Assembly (NCBI GenBank): GCA_023261685.1
Contig: JAHFOM010000001.1
Coordinates: 1-42,510 of the forward strand
Reading direction: 5' to 3'
From: Candidatus Moraniibacteriota bacterium
GTDB taxonomy: Bacteria > Patescibacteriota > Minisyncoccia > Moranbacterales > UBA1568
DNA length: 42,510 bases
This document shows, piece by piece, positions 17,950 through 27,933 of this stretch. The translations under genes and the position numbers were made by a program. The notes below the pieces were generated by a model. It saw only the letters and a program-made list of their open reading frames with translations, ran no database searches and was not told the origin of the DNA. How positions within the stretch are numbered: the first letter of the stretch is position 1; every line of letters starts with the position of its first letter.

Positions 17950-19425
17950 CTATTCACTTTTCTCCTTCATCGGTGGGAAAATGACCGTTTCACGGATGGA
18001 GCGGTTCATCAAAATGGCGAACAGGCGCTCGCTCATCCCGAAGCCGAATGCCGGCGGCATCCCGTATTCGAGCGCTTCCAAAAAATCTTCATCCAGCATC
18101 ATTCCTTCCTTGTCCCCAGCGGCACGCAGCCGCATCTGCTCCTCAAAACGCCGGCGCTGGTCAGCCGGGTCATTGAGCTCTGCAAATCCATTACCGAGCT
18201 CGCTTTTCACGGCGATCGGCTGGAAGCGCAACACTTTTTTCGGATGCTGCGGATCGATTTTGGCAAGCGGAGACACATCGATCGGATGCCCGACCAAGAA
18301 ACATGGCTGAACCAACTTCTGCCTGACGGTTTTTTTATAGAGCGTGTCGATCATCCGTCCTTTGCCGTAGGCTGTTTCGTACTTGATACCAAGCTCGTCC
18401 GCCTTGGCCTTGAGAACTTCGACAGACACATCCGTTTCAAGATTTATTCCCGTCTCTCTCTCGAATTCCGTGAAGTAATCCACGCGGGGAAATGGCTGAT
18501 CCCAATCAACTGTCACGCCGTCATATTCCGTGGTCATCGCATCGCCCACCACGGCTCGCACGATGTCTTTGTAGAGCTTTTCTACCAGCTCCATCCCCTG
18601 CTCCATATCCATATAGGCGGCGTAAAACTCAGTATGATCAAATTCCTGCAGATGCTCCCGATCAATGCCTTCATTACGGAACACCCGCCCGATCTCAAAC
18701 ACGCGCTCATAACCGCCGACCAGCAGCCGCTTGAGAGAAAGCTCGAGCGAAATGCGCAGATAAAAATCCTGATCCAGCGCATTGTGATGCGTCTTGAACG
18801 GCTCAGCCTCCGCGCCCCCCGGAATATGTTCGAGCACTGGCGTCTGCACTTCGAGAAATTTCTCCCGCGTCAAAAACTGACGCACCGTCTGCCAGAAAAT
18901 ATTCTTCTTCACGAACAGCTCCCGCGTTTCCGGATTCATCAGGAGATCCAGATAGCGCCGACGCAAAAGCTCTTCTTCGTCTTTCAGTCCATAGAATTCC
19001 GTCGGGATGGGGCGGAGAGACTTGCCGAGAATTTTCCAATCACTCACTTCCAACGTTCGCTCTTCCTTCTTGGTCGCAAACAATATCCCGCGCGCCTCGA
19101 CAAAATCCCCCATCTCGATCGTATCGGCAAAAAGTTTCAGCTTCTCCGCACCGAGAATATTTTCGGAGAGAAAAATCTGTATGCGGGCGCTCCCGTCTTC
19201 GATATGCACGAAGCCGATCTTGCCCATCATCCGGAGCGATCGCACCCTCCCGACCAATACGAGCGACGCACCGTTCTCTGTAAAAGCATCAAAACCATCC
19301 AGCGCCTCCTGATTGGTGTGGGTCCGCTCCGTCTTCTCCGGATAGACATCGTCAAACACCTCCGCCAAACGGCTCAGTTTCGTCTGCTTGGTGGCGATGA
19401 TGTCCTCTCGTAAATCTTCTTTCAT
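17950..19425 (-). CDS. lysS: Lysine--tRNA ligase (class II)
   Basis: 'RRRYLDL', 'GGAEAEPFKTHHNALD', 'FRNEG', 'ALEYGMPP'. Confidence 0.97.
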   Translation of the reverse strand: MKEDLREDIIATKQTKLSRLAEVFDDVYPEKTERTHTNQEALDGFDAFTENGASLVLVGRVRSLRMMGKIGFVHIEDGSARIQIFLSENILGAEKLKLFADTIEMGDFVEARGILFATKKEERTLEVSDWKILGKSLRPIPTEFYGLKDEEELLRRRYLDLLMNPETRELFVKKNIFWQTVRQFLTREKFLEVQTPVLEHIPGGAEAEPFKTHHNALDQDFYLRISLELSLKRLLVGGYERVFEIGRVFRNEGIDREHLQEFDHTEFYAAYMDMEQGMELVEKLYKDIVRAVVGDAMTTEYDGVTVDWDQPFPRVDYFTEFERETGINLETDVSVEVLKAKADELGIKYETAYGKGRMIDTLYKKTVRQKLVQPCFLVGHPIDVSPLAKIDPQHPKKVLRFQPIAVKSELGNGFAELNDPADQRRRFEEQMRLRAAGDKEGMMLDEDFLEALEYGMPPAFGFGMSERLFAILMNRSIRETVIFPPMKEKSE

Positions 19426-19521
19426 ATACAGCTCATTGTAGACATTTTTGCCGGAAAAGACAATAACCGAGCCTCAGAGAGTACTCGGTCATACCGGCGA
19501 AACACCTGCTCGCTTTCAAAG

Positions 19522-19977
19522 TTAAGCGATGGAAAGAATGTCGTATTTCATCTTGCCAGCAGGAGTCGTGACCTCTACGGTGTCACCCTTCTGCTTGCCG
19601 ATGAATTCCTTGCCAAGCGGAGATTCGTTGGAAATTTTTCCAACCGCCGGATCCACTTCGTTGGAACCGACGATTTCAAAATTCATTTCTTTGCCGCTGA
19701 CTTTGACCGTCAAGCGAGAACCGATACCGACAGACGAAGAGCTCTTCTGTTTGGTGGCCACCACGGAATCCTTGAGCATCCCTTCAAGCTCGGCGATACG
19801 TGTCTCATTTTCATTCTGTTGGCGTTTGGCTTCGCTGTATTCGGCGTTCTCCGAAAGATCGCCCTGCTCTTTAGCTTCCTTGATAGCGTCAGCGATCGTC
19901 TGACGCATCTTGATTTTGCGTTCATCGAGCTCAGCGTGCAATTTTTTCAAACCCTCCTCGGTAAAAATTCTTGCCAT
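19522..19977 (-). CDS. greA: Transcription elongation factor GreA
   Basis: 'GDLSENAEY', 'ISNESPLG'. Confidence 0.97.
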   Translation of the reverse strand: MARIFTEEGLKKLHAELDERKIKMRQTIADAIKEAKEQGDLSENAEYSEAKRQQNENETRIAELEGMLKDSVVATKQKSSSSVGIGSRLTVKVSGKEMNFEIVGSNEVDPAVGKISNESPLGKEFIGKQKGDTVEVTTPAGKMKYDILSIA

Positions 19978-20064
19978 TACTTTGTATTTAGAAAATAAGT
20001 GTTTTTCCTGTCTTGCAACAAAAATACTCCCCCAAAGAGAAAGAAGACGTCACAAAGTTTCCCT

Positions 20065-20092
20065 ATCATAGCAGAAACATATCCGCTGTCAA
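20065..20092 (-). promoter_or_regulatory. greA promoter
   Basis: TTGACA-16bp-TATGAT with TGn extension. Confidence 0.55.
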
Positions 20093-20116
20093 GCACCGCT
20101 TGTCTCAGAAAATCTT

Positions 20117-22027
20117 TCATTCGTCACTCCCCAAAATTTCCGGGCGGGAAAAATACCACTCGTAAACATCTTTAGTGACCGGTACGGCATTATACCCCTC
20201 TTCTCCCTGACCCTCTACCAAGACGATCATCGCGAGACTGGGATCTTCATACGGGGCGAATGATACGAACCAGCCATGAGTCTTCTTGTCGTTGCCGAAT
20301 TGGGCGGTGCCCGTCTTGCCAGCTACCGCTACCGGCAGCGCCCGCAAGGCCTGCGCCGTCCCCTGAGAGTCCATAATGGTTGCCCGCATACCTTCGCGCG
20401 CGATTTCTAGAATGTCCGGCCGGATGAAATCTTTCCGGATGACCATCTGATCGACCACTGTCGTCTTACCATCCGCGGAGCGTATCTCTCTGACTATCCT
20501 CGGCACATACAGCGTCCCACCATTGGCGATCGCCGCGATGGAATTCAATATCTGGAGCGGTGTCGCCAAGACGAATCCCTGCCCGATCGCCGCGTGATAG
20601 TCATCGCCGATATACCAGCGCTCCCCGATCACATCCTGTTTCCACGCTGGATCAGGGATCAATCCATCCGTTTCTCCCGGCACATCGATACCGGTTTTAT
20701 TGCCATACCCGAACAGATTTTCATATTTTTTCATCCGCTCCATACCGAGACCGGGGACGCTGCCGTATCCTCCGCCGATAGAATAAAAGAACACGTCGCT
20801 CGATACCGCGATAGCGCGCCTGACGTCAGTAAAACCGTGCGTTTTCCAGTCACCAAAAAAGAAATTGCCCACACTGATCCCGCCACGGCTTTCGATTTGC
20901 GTGCTCTCGTTGATGACGCCCTCAGTAAGCGCGGCAACAGCCAGTACCGGCTTGATCGTCGATCCCGGCGGGTATTCTCCTGCCACGGCGCGATTGAAGA
21001 GCGGGAGCGCCGGATCATTAATCAACCCTTGATACGCTTCTGATGAAATGCCTTCGGCGAACAAGTTGTTATCGAAACTCGGCAGACTCACCAGCGCTCG
21101 CACAGCGCCGCTTCGGGGGTCGAGAGCGATTGCCACCGCGCGCTTCAAGTCTTTTTTTTCAAGTAATTCCTGCAGACTGTCGAATATTTTCTTCTGCAGA
21201 TCGGCATCTATATTCAGGATGAGATCGCTCCCGGGCGTCGGCTGGATACTGCCAAGCTCTTTCTTCACTTGACCGAGAGCATCCACTTCCGCCTGCTGGT
21301 ACCCACGCTTGCCGCGGAGAAATGCTTCGTAGCTTTTTTCTATCCCCTGTTTTCCGATGGCATCCGTCAAGAGATACTCCGGATGAAGCTCCAATTCTTC
21401 TTTGCGAATCTTACCCTCATATCCGAGCAAATGAGAAAAAATAAGGCTGTCCGTATAATGACGCTTGGTCGTCTTGTACAGACTGATGCCCGGCAGATCC
21501 CGGCTCCGACTCAAGAAAAGCAGCGCTTCTTCCTGACTGACGCGTTCTTTGATAATGAGCGGTTGGAGCGATGTGCGATCAAACTTCCGAAAGAGTTCGT
21601 CAAGTACGCCCGGATCCAAAACAAAGGTCGAGGAAAGCAAACGCATCATTTCTTCCTGACGAAGCTGATCTTCCGGAATATCCGCCGGAGTAAAAATAAC
21701 ATCCATACTGGGCGTATTGTATACCAATTGTTTGCCGAAACGGTCATAGATGATACCTCGTGGTGCCGGGATGACCAGGGAACGCAGACTGTTCTCTTCT
21801 GCCGTTTGCTGATATTTGGCGCCCAAAATGACATTGAGGTACGCTATACGGACAGCCAGCACGGAAAGAGCGATAACCGCCATTCCCCAAAAAGACCGGA
21901 TGACGGCGCGTCTGAGGGGCCACTCGATCTTGGCGGCATCGCTCTCGGTCACCGTCAAAACCGCGTCGTCGATTTCCATTCCGCGCTTCTCCATCGTATA
22001 TTCGTTTTTTCGGCCAAAGAAGAACAT
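20117..22027 (-). CDS. mrdA: Penicillin-binding protein 2
   Basis: 'APRGIIYDR', SxxK 'GSTIK', 'SSD', 'KTGTAQ'; in mre operon. Confidence 0.95.
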   Translation of the reverse strand: MFFFGRKNEYTMEKRGMEIDDAVLTVTESDAAKIEWPLRRAVIRSFWGMAVIALSVLAVRIAYLNVILGAKYQQTAEENSLRSLVIPAPRGIIYDRFGKQLVYNTPSMDVIFTPADIPEDQLRQEEMMRLLSSTFVLDPGVLDELFRKFDRTSLQPLIIKERVSQEEALLFLSRSRDLPGISLYKTTKRHYTDSLIFSHLLGYEGKIRKEELELHPEYLLTDAIGKQGIEKSYEAFLRGKRGYQQAEVDALGQVKKELGSIQPTPGSDLILNIDADLQKKIFDSLQELLEKKDLKRAVAIALDPRSGAVRALVSLPSFDNNLFAEGISSEAYQGLINDPALPLFNRAVAGEYPPGSTIKPVLAVAALTEGVINESTQIESRGGISVGNFFFGDWKTHGFTDVRRAIAVSSDVFFYSIGGGYGSVPGLGMERMKKYENLFGYGNKTGIDVPGETDGLIPDPAWKQDVIGERWYIGDDYHAAIGQGFVLATPLQILNSIAAIANGGTLYVPRIVREIRSADGKTTVVDQMVIRKDFIRPDILEIAREGMRATIMDSQGTAQALRALPVAVAGKTGTAQFGNDKKTHGWFVSFAPYEDPSLAMIVLVEGQGEEGYNAVPVTKDVYEWYFSRPEILGSDE

Positions 22028-22036
22028 ATAAAAAAA

Positions 22037-22588
22037 TTACTTTACATTCAAAAAATCATTCCGACTCATAACGCCGACAGACTGCTCAAAGCGCCTGATG
22101 CTGGCATACGCGAGCAAAAATATCGGTAGACTGAGAGCGATGGCGAATACAATGTCCGAGAAAGAAAATACCAGCCAGAGGCCGGAAAATATTTCCTGCA
22201 AACCGAGCAGGTCATCTGAGCGGAAAAAGAGAAAATCAAACAGTCTGTAGCCGAGCGCGCCGATACCGACAAAGAGAGCGTACAGGAACATTCCCATCCC
22301 TCGGTGCTCTACCAGAAGACGGCGCGAAAGAAAACTCGTGGTGTAAGCCAGCGGAAGCGCATACAGCGTGAGGACTCCCGGCATTCCGGTCGCCACAACA
22401 TCGAACAGCATCACCAGAGGAATGATCATAAAAAGTCCCTGAGGAAAACCAGAAAGGAGCACCCAGACCACCACGCTGGCAATAAGGATGAGAGGGGCGG
22501 GTGTCGCCGGAAGCAAGATATCAAAAAATGAAAACTCAAAAAACACGATAGCAAGAATAAGCAACAAGCGGAGGAAAAATATTTTCAT
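22037..22588 (-). CDS. mreD: MreD-like membrane protein
   Basis: Hydrophobic multi-TM ORF between mreC and mrdA; call rests on synteny. Confidence 0.65.
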   Translation of the reverse strand: MKIFFLRLLLILAIVFFEFSFFDILLPATPAPLILIASVVVWVLLSGFPQGLFMIIPLVMLFDVVATGMPGVLTLYALPLAYTTSFLSRRLLVEHRGMGMFLYALFVGIGALGYRLFDFLFFRSDDLLGLQEIFSGLWLVFSFSDIVFAIALSLPIFLLAYASIRRFEQSVGVMSRNDFLNVK

Positions 22589-22714
22589 ACCCAGTGGGAC
22601 AACTTCGAATAAATATAATGAGATATAACAACTTCTCTCAATCTTTTTACTTTGCACATATTTCCCATAATTATGAGGCTTTTTTTACTTTCGCAGTTGT
22701 ACCACTGGGCATAC

Positions 22715-23533
22715 TTAATAAGTGTTTTCTATAACAAAAACATAGCGCAAGCGGTCGAACCTCACCGGCGTTATGATTGAAGCCTGCTGGAAAAGACGGT
22801 CACTCGAAAAACGCGTTTCTTGCAGTGTACCGATCAGGAGGCCCTGAGGCATATCGCCCCCGAGTCCCGAGGTTACCACCGTATCACCCGCTTTCAGGGC
22901 GTCCGCCTGCAAAACCATATCGTAGAGCAATCCCAAGCCGTACTCGCCCTTGACGATACCTTTGGCATCCGTGTCCAGAGTGAGACCGTTTATCAGGCTT
23001 TCCGGATTGGACAACAGCATCACTCTGGCATTAGATGGAAACACTTCGGCCACTTTACCTACGAGCACGCCCGCATCCACGATGACCGGCATCCCTTTGT
23101 GTATCCCATCAAGCGACCCTTGATTGATAGAAATCCAGTTACCGAGACCTGATACGTCCCGACCGATGACTTCCGCCGACTTGAGCGAGAATTGATTCCT
23201 CGGCAACAATCCGAGCTCGCGACGCAACGCTTCATTCTCTTTACTCACATCGACAAACTGAGAATGTTCCACGAAAAGCCGCAAACGTTCTTTTTCCAAG
23301 CGCTCATTTTCGCTCTTCAAATCACTGATAGAAGCAAAAAAACTGAACGTATCCCGAAGCTCGAAAGCCGTCACGGAAAAAATCTTCTGCAGAGGCAGCG
23401 TCACCGTCATCACCGACGTCCGGATCGGCGTCACAAGCCACCCCGGACCATACGCGACAACTATCCATAATACCGCGAAGAGAACCGCCGCGCGGAAAAA
23501 CTTTGTCTGAATGAACTTCCTGCGTACAGCCAT
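22715..23533 (-). CDS. mreC: Rod shape-determining protein MreC
   Basis: TM, coiled coil 'ENEALR', 'VVTSGLGG'. Confidence 0.93.
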   Translation of the reverse strand: MAVRRKFIQTKFFRAAVLFAVLWIVVAYGPGWLVTPIRTSVMTVTLPLQKIFSVTAFELRDTFSFFASISDLKSENERLEKERLRLFVEHSQFVDVSKENEALRRELGLLPRNQFSLKSAEVIGRDVSGLGNWISINQGSLDGIHKGMPVIVDAGVLVGKVAEVFPSNARVMLLSNPESLINGLTLDTDAKGIVKGEYGLGLLYDMVLQADALKAGDTVVTSGLGGDMPQGLLIGTLQETRFSSDRLFQQASIITPVRFDRLRYVFVIENTY

Positions 23534-23539
23534 AGTGTG

Positions 23540-23665
23540 AAAAACACAAAACCCAGAACACAAAAACCAATACTTGAGGCACGAATTCTTTTTTCAAACA
23601 TTTGAGCTTTGTATTTTGAAAACTGTGCTTTGTTTGAAATTTGTGCTTTGAAAATTGTGTTTTAT
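23540..23665. repeat. Low-complexity inverted repeat array between mreB and mreC
   Basis: AAAACAC-type arm and TGTGCTTTG-type arm; similar to 1000-1142. Confidence 0.65.
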
Positions 23666-23689
23666 ATATTACGATTCTTCACTCTCTTT

Positions 23690-24784
23690 TTATCCCAACG
23701 GGCTATCGGTTTCTTTCTCGATCAGCACTTCTTTCAAACTCTCCATATCATCGAGCACAATACCCGTACCGCGCACGACCGCCGTCAGCGGATCTTCCAT
23801 CAGACGCACCGGAATGCCGGTCTGATTGGCTATCAATTTGTCCAATCCCCGGATGAGACTGCCACCACCAGCGAGAATGATGCCCCGATGCATGATATCC
23901 GCCAAGAGTTCCGGCGGTGTTTCTTCCACGATGGTCTTGATATTGTTCACGATGATACGGATAGAGCGCGTGAGTGCTTCGCGGATCTGCTCATCATTCA
24001 CGACGACTTCTTTGGGCAACCCGGAAACCAGATCGCGCCCGCGCAGAGGAAACGTCAAGCGCTCGCGCTGAGGATAGGCGCTTCCGATAGCGATCTTGGC
24101 TTCTTCGGCGGTTTTTTCACCGATGAGAATATTGAATTCATCCCGACTGTAGCGCACGATATCTTCGTTCATCTCATCGCCCGCCACACGAAGGCTCCGT
24201 GAAGCGACGACGCCCCCAAGCGAAATCACAGCAATCTCTGTCGTCCCGCCTCCGATATCTACGACCATATTGCCCGTCGCATCGATGACCGGCAGACGCG
24301 CTCCGATAGCAGCCGCCATCGGCTCATCGATGAGAAATACCTGACGCGCACCTGCATTGAGCGTCGCTTCCATAACCGCGCGTTTTTCTACTTCCGTCAC
24401 ACCGGACGGAATACCAATCAATACGCGCGGACGACGCAAGAAAGCGAAATTCTCCGCCGTCACCTTGTTGATGAAGTAACGGAGCATCTGTTCGGTAATC
24501 TCAAAATCGCTCACTACACCATCGACGAGCGGTCGGGTCGCCACGATATGTCCTGGTGTTTTGCCGACCATTTTCTTGGCCTCCCTTCCGATAGCGAGGA
24601 TCTGTCCGGTGCGTTGATTGACGGCAACGACGGACGGCTCATTGATGACGATGCCCTTGCCTTTGACATACACGAGCGTATTGGCCGTGCCGAGGTCGAT
24701 GCCGATATCCTGCGTCAGATGCCCGAAAAACCGCTCAATGATGCCTTTTTGCAGATTTTTGAAAAAACGCTGTACGTTGGACAT
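23690..24784 (-). CDS. mreB: Rod shape-determining protein MreB
   Basis: 'IGIDLGTANT', 'DIGGGTTE', 'GGGSL'. Confidence 0.97.
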   Translation of the reverse strand: MSNVQRFFKNLQKGIIERFFGHLTQDIGIDLGTANTLVYVKGKGIVINEPSVVAVNQRTGQILAIGREAKKMVGKTPGHIVATRPLVDGVVSDFEITEQMLRYFINKVTAENFAFLRRPRVLIGIPSGVTEVEKRAVMEATLNAGARQVFLIDEPMAAAIGARLPVIDATGNMVVDIGGGTTEIAVISLGGVVASRSLRVAGDEMNEDIVRYSRDEFNILIGEKTAEEAKIAIGSAYPQRERLTFPLRGRDLVSGLPKEVVVNDEQIREALTRSIRIIVNNIKTIVEETPPELLADIMHRGIILAGGGSLIRGLDKLIANQTGIPVRLMEDPLTAVVRGTGIVLDDMESLKEVLIEKETDSPLG

Positions 24785-24860
24785 AATGACAGAGTGAAAA
24801 AAGGCACACAAAAACAGAAGTATTCACCATTCTAGCGCATTTCCCAGAAATACTCAAAAG

Positions 24861-25457
24861 TCAAGCATATTTTTTACGCGCAAGAAGCCAATCCGGCGTT
24901 GGGACAAACGTAATCGACTCCCAATGATCGATCTCCTCTTCAGTCACGTCATAGTGCATCTGATACACCGGCTCCACGCTCCCATACAGTGCTTTTGACC
25001 AATCAAATCCGAGATCTTGTGCTGTCTGCATCACTACCTCTTCACTTGCGCCCTCGATTTCCACAAAGGTTGGAATCCATGGCCATGTATCGATGGTTAT
25101 CTCGACCCCTCCATACATCCATTTTTCTCTTTTGGTTTCCTGAGAAGATTTCATCTGCATCCCAATCGCTTGCAAAAATGCATTCGTAGATTCAAAAGTA
25201 TCAACAGTCAAGGTTATCTCTTCTGTACCGTGAAGCGTCCGGTCATTCACTTGCTTGTAACTGAGCGTGACATATTCACCTTCATCGCGCACCCGCACCC
25301 AGCCCCCGACGGCATACAAACGCTTGTCCGGATAATCGAACACTTGCCGACGCATCAGTATTTCCGGATGTACCAATGTTGCTCCAATTTCTCGCAACCG
25401 CGCCCGCACCGCCACCAAATCGACATCCACAAATTTCGCCTCTATTTCTGTTGACAT
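24861..25457 (-). CDS. CYTH domain protein (class IV adenylate cyclase-like)
   Basis: 'EIEAKF', 'WVRVR', 'FVEIEG'. Confidence 0.88.
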   Translation of the reverse strand: MSTEIEAKFVDVDLVAVRARLREIGATLVHPEILMRRQVFDYPDKRLYAVGGWVRVRDEGEYVTLSYKQVNDRTLHGTEEITLTVDTFESTNAFLQAIGMQMKSSQETKREKWMYGGVEITIDTWPWIPTFVEIEGASEEVVMQTAQDLGFDWSKALYGSVEPVYQMHYDVTEEEIDHWESITFVPTPDWLLARKKYA

Positions 25458-25464
25458 AGATTCC

Positions 25465-26451
25465 TCAATGTTTACGTATTTCCAATTTTACAGCCCCATG
25501 CTTCGCGGAAAGCACGATGTCACCACCGATGGGAAAGGTGAACATTGACTGCGTGTGTCCGAAATCAAGATTGGCAACGACCGGAATGCCCTCCAATTCT
25601 TTTTTAGTTTTGATAATTTCCGTCAGCACACTCTCTGAAATTCCACTTGCCCGCTGAAACCTCCCGATCACCATTCCTCTCACACCCTCAAATCCCGGCT
25701 GATGAATCAAGGATTGCAGATCCCGATCGAGCAATTCCGGATTTGCCATCTCATCGTCCTCGATAAAGAGTATGGAGTTATGCAAATTGGGGAAGTACTC
25801 CGTCCCCTGCAAAAGATTGAACGTACAAAGATTGGCGCCCAACACCATTCCCTTTGCAGTTCCCTCATTGATAACTATCGGTCCAGCATTTTTGATGAAA
25901 TTCCTATTCTCCTGATCTTTGTAATAGGCATCATCGCTCCACTCTTGCGAAGGCAGTATCTGATATGATTCCTCTAAAAAAAGACATTTTTTGAAATATT
26001 CCAAGGTATAGTCAAAACCGATTTTCTCACTAAATGTCGCGTATGCCGGTCCGGAATAATTCACCAGTCCCGTCTTGGCAAAGATGGCGTTACCGAGCGC
26101 CGTAATATCCGAGTAACCGCAAAAGATTTTTGGATTGTTTCTGATAATATCCCAGTCGATAGAGCGCAGCAGCTGGTTACTGTTGAATCCACCGATAACG
26201 GCGAAAACCGCCTTCACTTCAGGATCAGCAAAAGCGGCGTGCAGGTCATCGATGCGTGATGTGATACTCGAAGAATGAAATTCGTTCATCTCCTCCACGT
26301 GTCTGCCAAAACTCAACCGCAGCCCGAGCGAGGCAAACCGTTCATCGGCAATCTTCCTATTTTCCGGAGTAATAATGCCCAAAGAACACGCCGGCGCGAC
26401 AACCCTCACCACATCCCCTTTCTCCAATTTTTTTGGAAATATCCTCTGCAT
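25465..26451 (-). CDS. S66 family LD-carboxypeptidase (LdcA/MccF-like)
   Basis: 'GYSDIT', 'LFIED', 'DFGHT' triad. Confidence 0.92.
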   Translation of the reverse strand: MQRIFPKKLEKGDVVRVVAPACSLGIITPENRKIADERFASLGLRLSFGRHVEEMNEFHSSSITSRIDDLHAAFADPEVKAVFAVIGGFNSNQLLRSIDWDIIRNNPKIFCGYSDITALGNAIFAKTGLVNYSGPAYATFSEKIGFDYTLEYFKKCLFLEESYQILPSQEWSDDAYYKDQENRNFIKNAGPIVINEGTAKGMVLGANLCTFNLLQGTEYFPNLHNSILFIEDDEMANPELLDRDLQSLIHQPGFEGVRGMVIGRFQRASGISESVLTEIIKTKKELEGIPVVANLDFGHTQSMFTFPIGGDIVLSAKHGAVKLEIRKH

Positions 26452-26525
26452 AGGAAAACTCTGCAAAACGATGAGAAGTTATCAGGAGAAAACCGTATCA
26501 TAGACCCCTCTGCCTCTCAACAAAT

Positions 26526-27857
26526 CTACGGTGTAAGGCGCTTCACGTCGCGAGGAAAGAGGACGGCCTCTTTGATACTGCCCAGTCCAAGCAATTTCTG
26601 GATGATACGCTCGGACCCAAGACCCCAGCCTCCATGCGGAGGTGTACCATATTTGAAAATATCCAAATAATCTTTGAATGCTTCTGGATCCATCCCGCGT
26701 TTTTTAATACTCTCCACAAGCATCTGATAGTCGTGGATACGCTGTCCCCCTGACGCGATTTCGATCCCGCGGAACAACAGATCAAAGGTATCCGTATAAT
26801 TCGGATCACCAGCACTTGGCATACTGTAGAAAGGACGTATAGCTCTCGGATAATGTGTCAGAAAAACAAAATCTGAACCGTATGTTTTTGCGACGTACTC
26901 TCCAATCATCCGTTCTCCCTCGCTATCGATATCTTCGCCATCAGTCTCTTTACTATATTCTTTTTTGAGAATTTTCACCGCCTCCGACAGACGTATACGC
27001 GGGATGGTCACACTTGGCGGAATGGTAGCGCCATATCTCTCAAGATCCTTCCTCCCTCTCTCGCCGATAGCAGCAACAACGTCCATCATCACACCCTCTA
27101 GTTCTGTCATAATATCCTCGAAACTGGCAATGAAGCCCATTTCTGCATCCAGCCCAGTATATTCATTGACGTGACGTGTGGTAAAGTGCGGTTCTGCCCG
27201 AAATACCGTCCCGATTTCAAACACCCGTTCAAATGCACTCATCGCCGCCTGCTTGTAGAACTGCGGGCTCTGAGCCAAAAAGGCTTCACGATCAAAATAC
27301 TGTATCTTGAAAAAGTTTGCCCCACCCTCAGTCGCAGCTGGTACGATTTTCGGCGTCTTGATTTCCATAAATCCCCTCGTACGACACGCTACCGCGTATG
27401 CGTCAAGAAGTATGGCATACAGAGAAAAAATAGAATGCACTTTTTCATTCCGCAATGCCAGCGTCCGATTATTCAGCAATGTCTCTAACTGCAGATTGAA
27501 TTCCGGATTCGAAACATCAATCGGCAATTCTTCACCGGGGCGCGCCACTATCTCTATACTCTCCACCTCTATCTCCACGCTCATAGGTCCTGCTTCTGCA
27601 TCTCCAGACTTACTCGGTCGCGCTTTCACCAGACCGATCACCGTCAGCGCATACTCACTCCGCACCTCTTTGGCACCCTCAATAACATTTGGTTTGTCCG
27701 GCAATACGACCAGCTGGACCGTGCCACTCCGGTCGCGCAACTCAAAAAAAATCAACTTCCCATGATCGCGCCTGACAGAAACCCAGCCACAGAGCATCAC
27801 GGTTTCCCCAATATGCTTCGCTGTTTCAGTAATCAGTATGCGTTTCAGTGCTTCCAT
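26526..27857 (-). CDS. aspS: Aspartate--tRNA(Asp/Asn) ligase, short non-discriminating type
   Basis: 'RRDHGK', 'LAQSPQFYKQ', 'FRAE', 'PPHGG'; lacks GAD insertion. Confidence 0.93.
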   Translation of the reverse strand: MEALKRILITETAKHIGETVMLCGWVSVRRDHGKLIFFELRDRSGTVQLVVLPDKPNVIEGAKEVRSEYALTVIGLVKARPSKSGDAEAGPMSVEIEVESIEIVARPGEELPIDVSNPEFNLQLETLLNNRTLALRNEKVHSIFSLYAILLDAYAVACRTRGFMEIKTPKIVPAATEGGANFFKIQYFDREAFLAQSPQFYKQAAMSAFERVFEIGTVFRAEPHFTTRHVNEYTGLDAEMGFIASFEDIMTELEGVMMDVVAAIGERGRKDLERYGATIPPSVTIPRIRLSEAVKILKKEYSKETDGEDIDSEGERMIGEYVAKTYGSDFVFLTHYPRAIRPFYSMPSAGDPNYTDTFDLLFRGIEIASGGQRIHDYQMLVESIKKRGMDPEAFKDYLDIFKYGTPPHGGWGLGSERIIQKLLGLGSIKEAVLFPRDVKRLTP

Positions 27858-27933
27858 ATATATCGTTGACAATGACTTAAACAATATCCCCAGCATACCA
27901 AAAAGCGAAGCCTGAAACAAGGGGTTTCTCCGC

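Noticed and set aside
17935..19413. 492-aa plus-strand ORF
   Set aside because: Antisense shadow of lysS with no recognisable motifs; the same applies to shadows over mrdA, the ABC gene, the kinase and LysM genes
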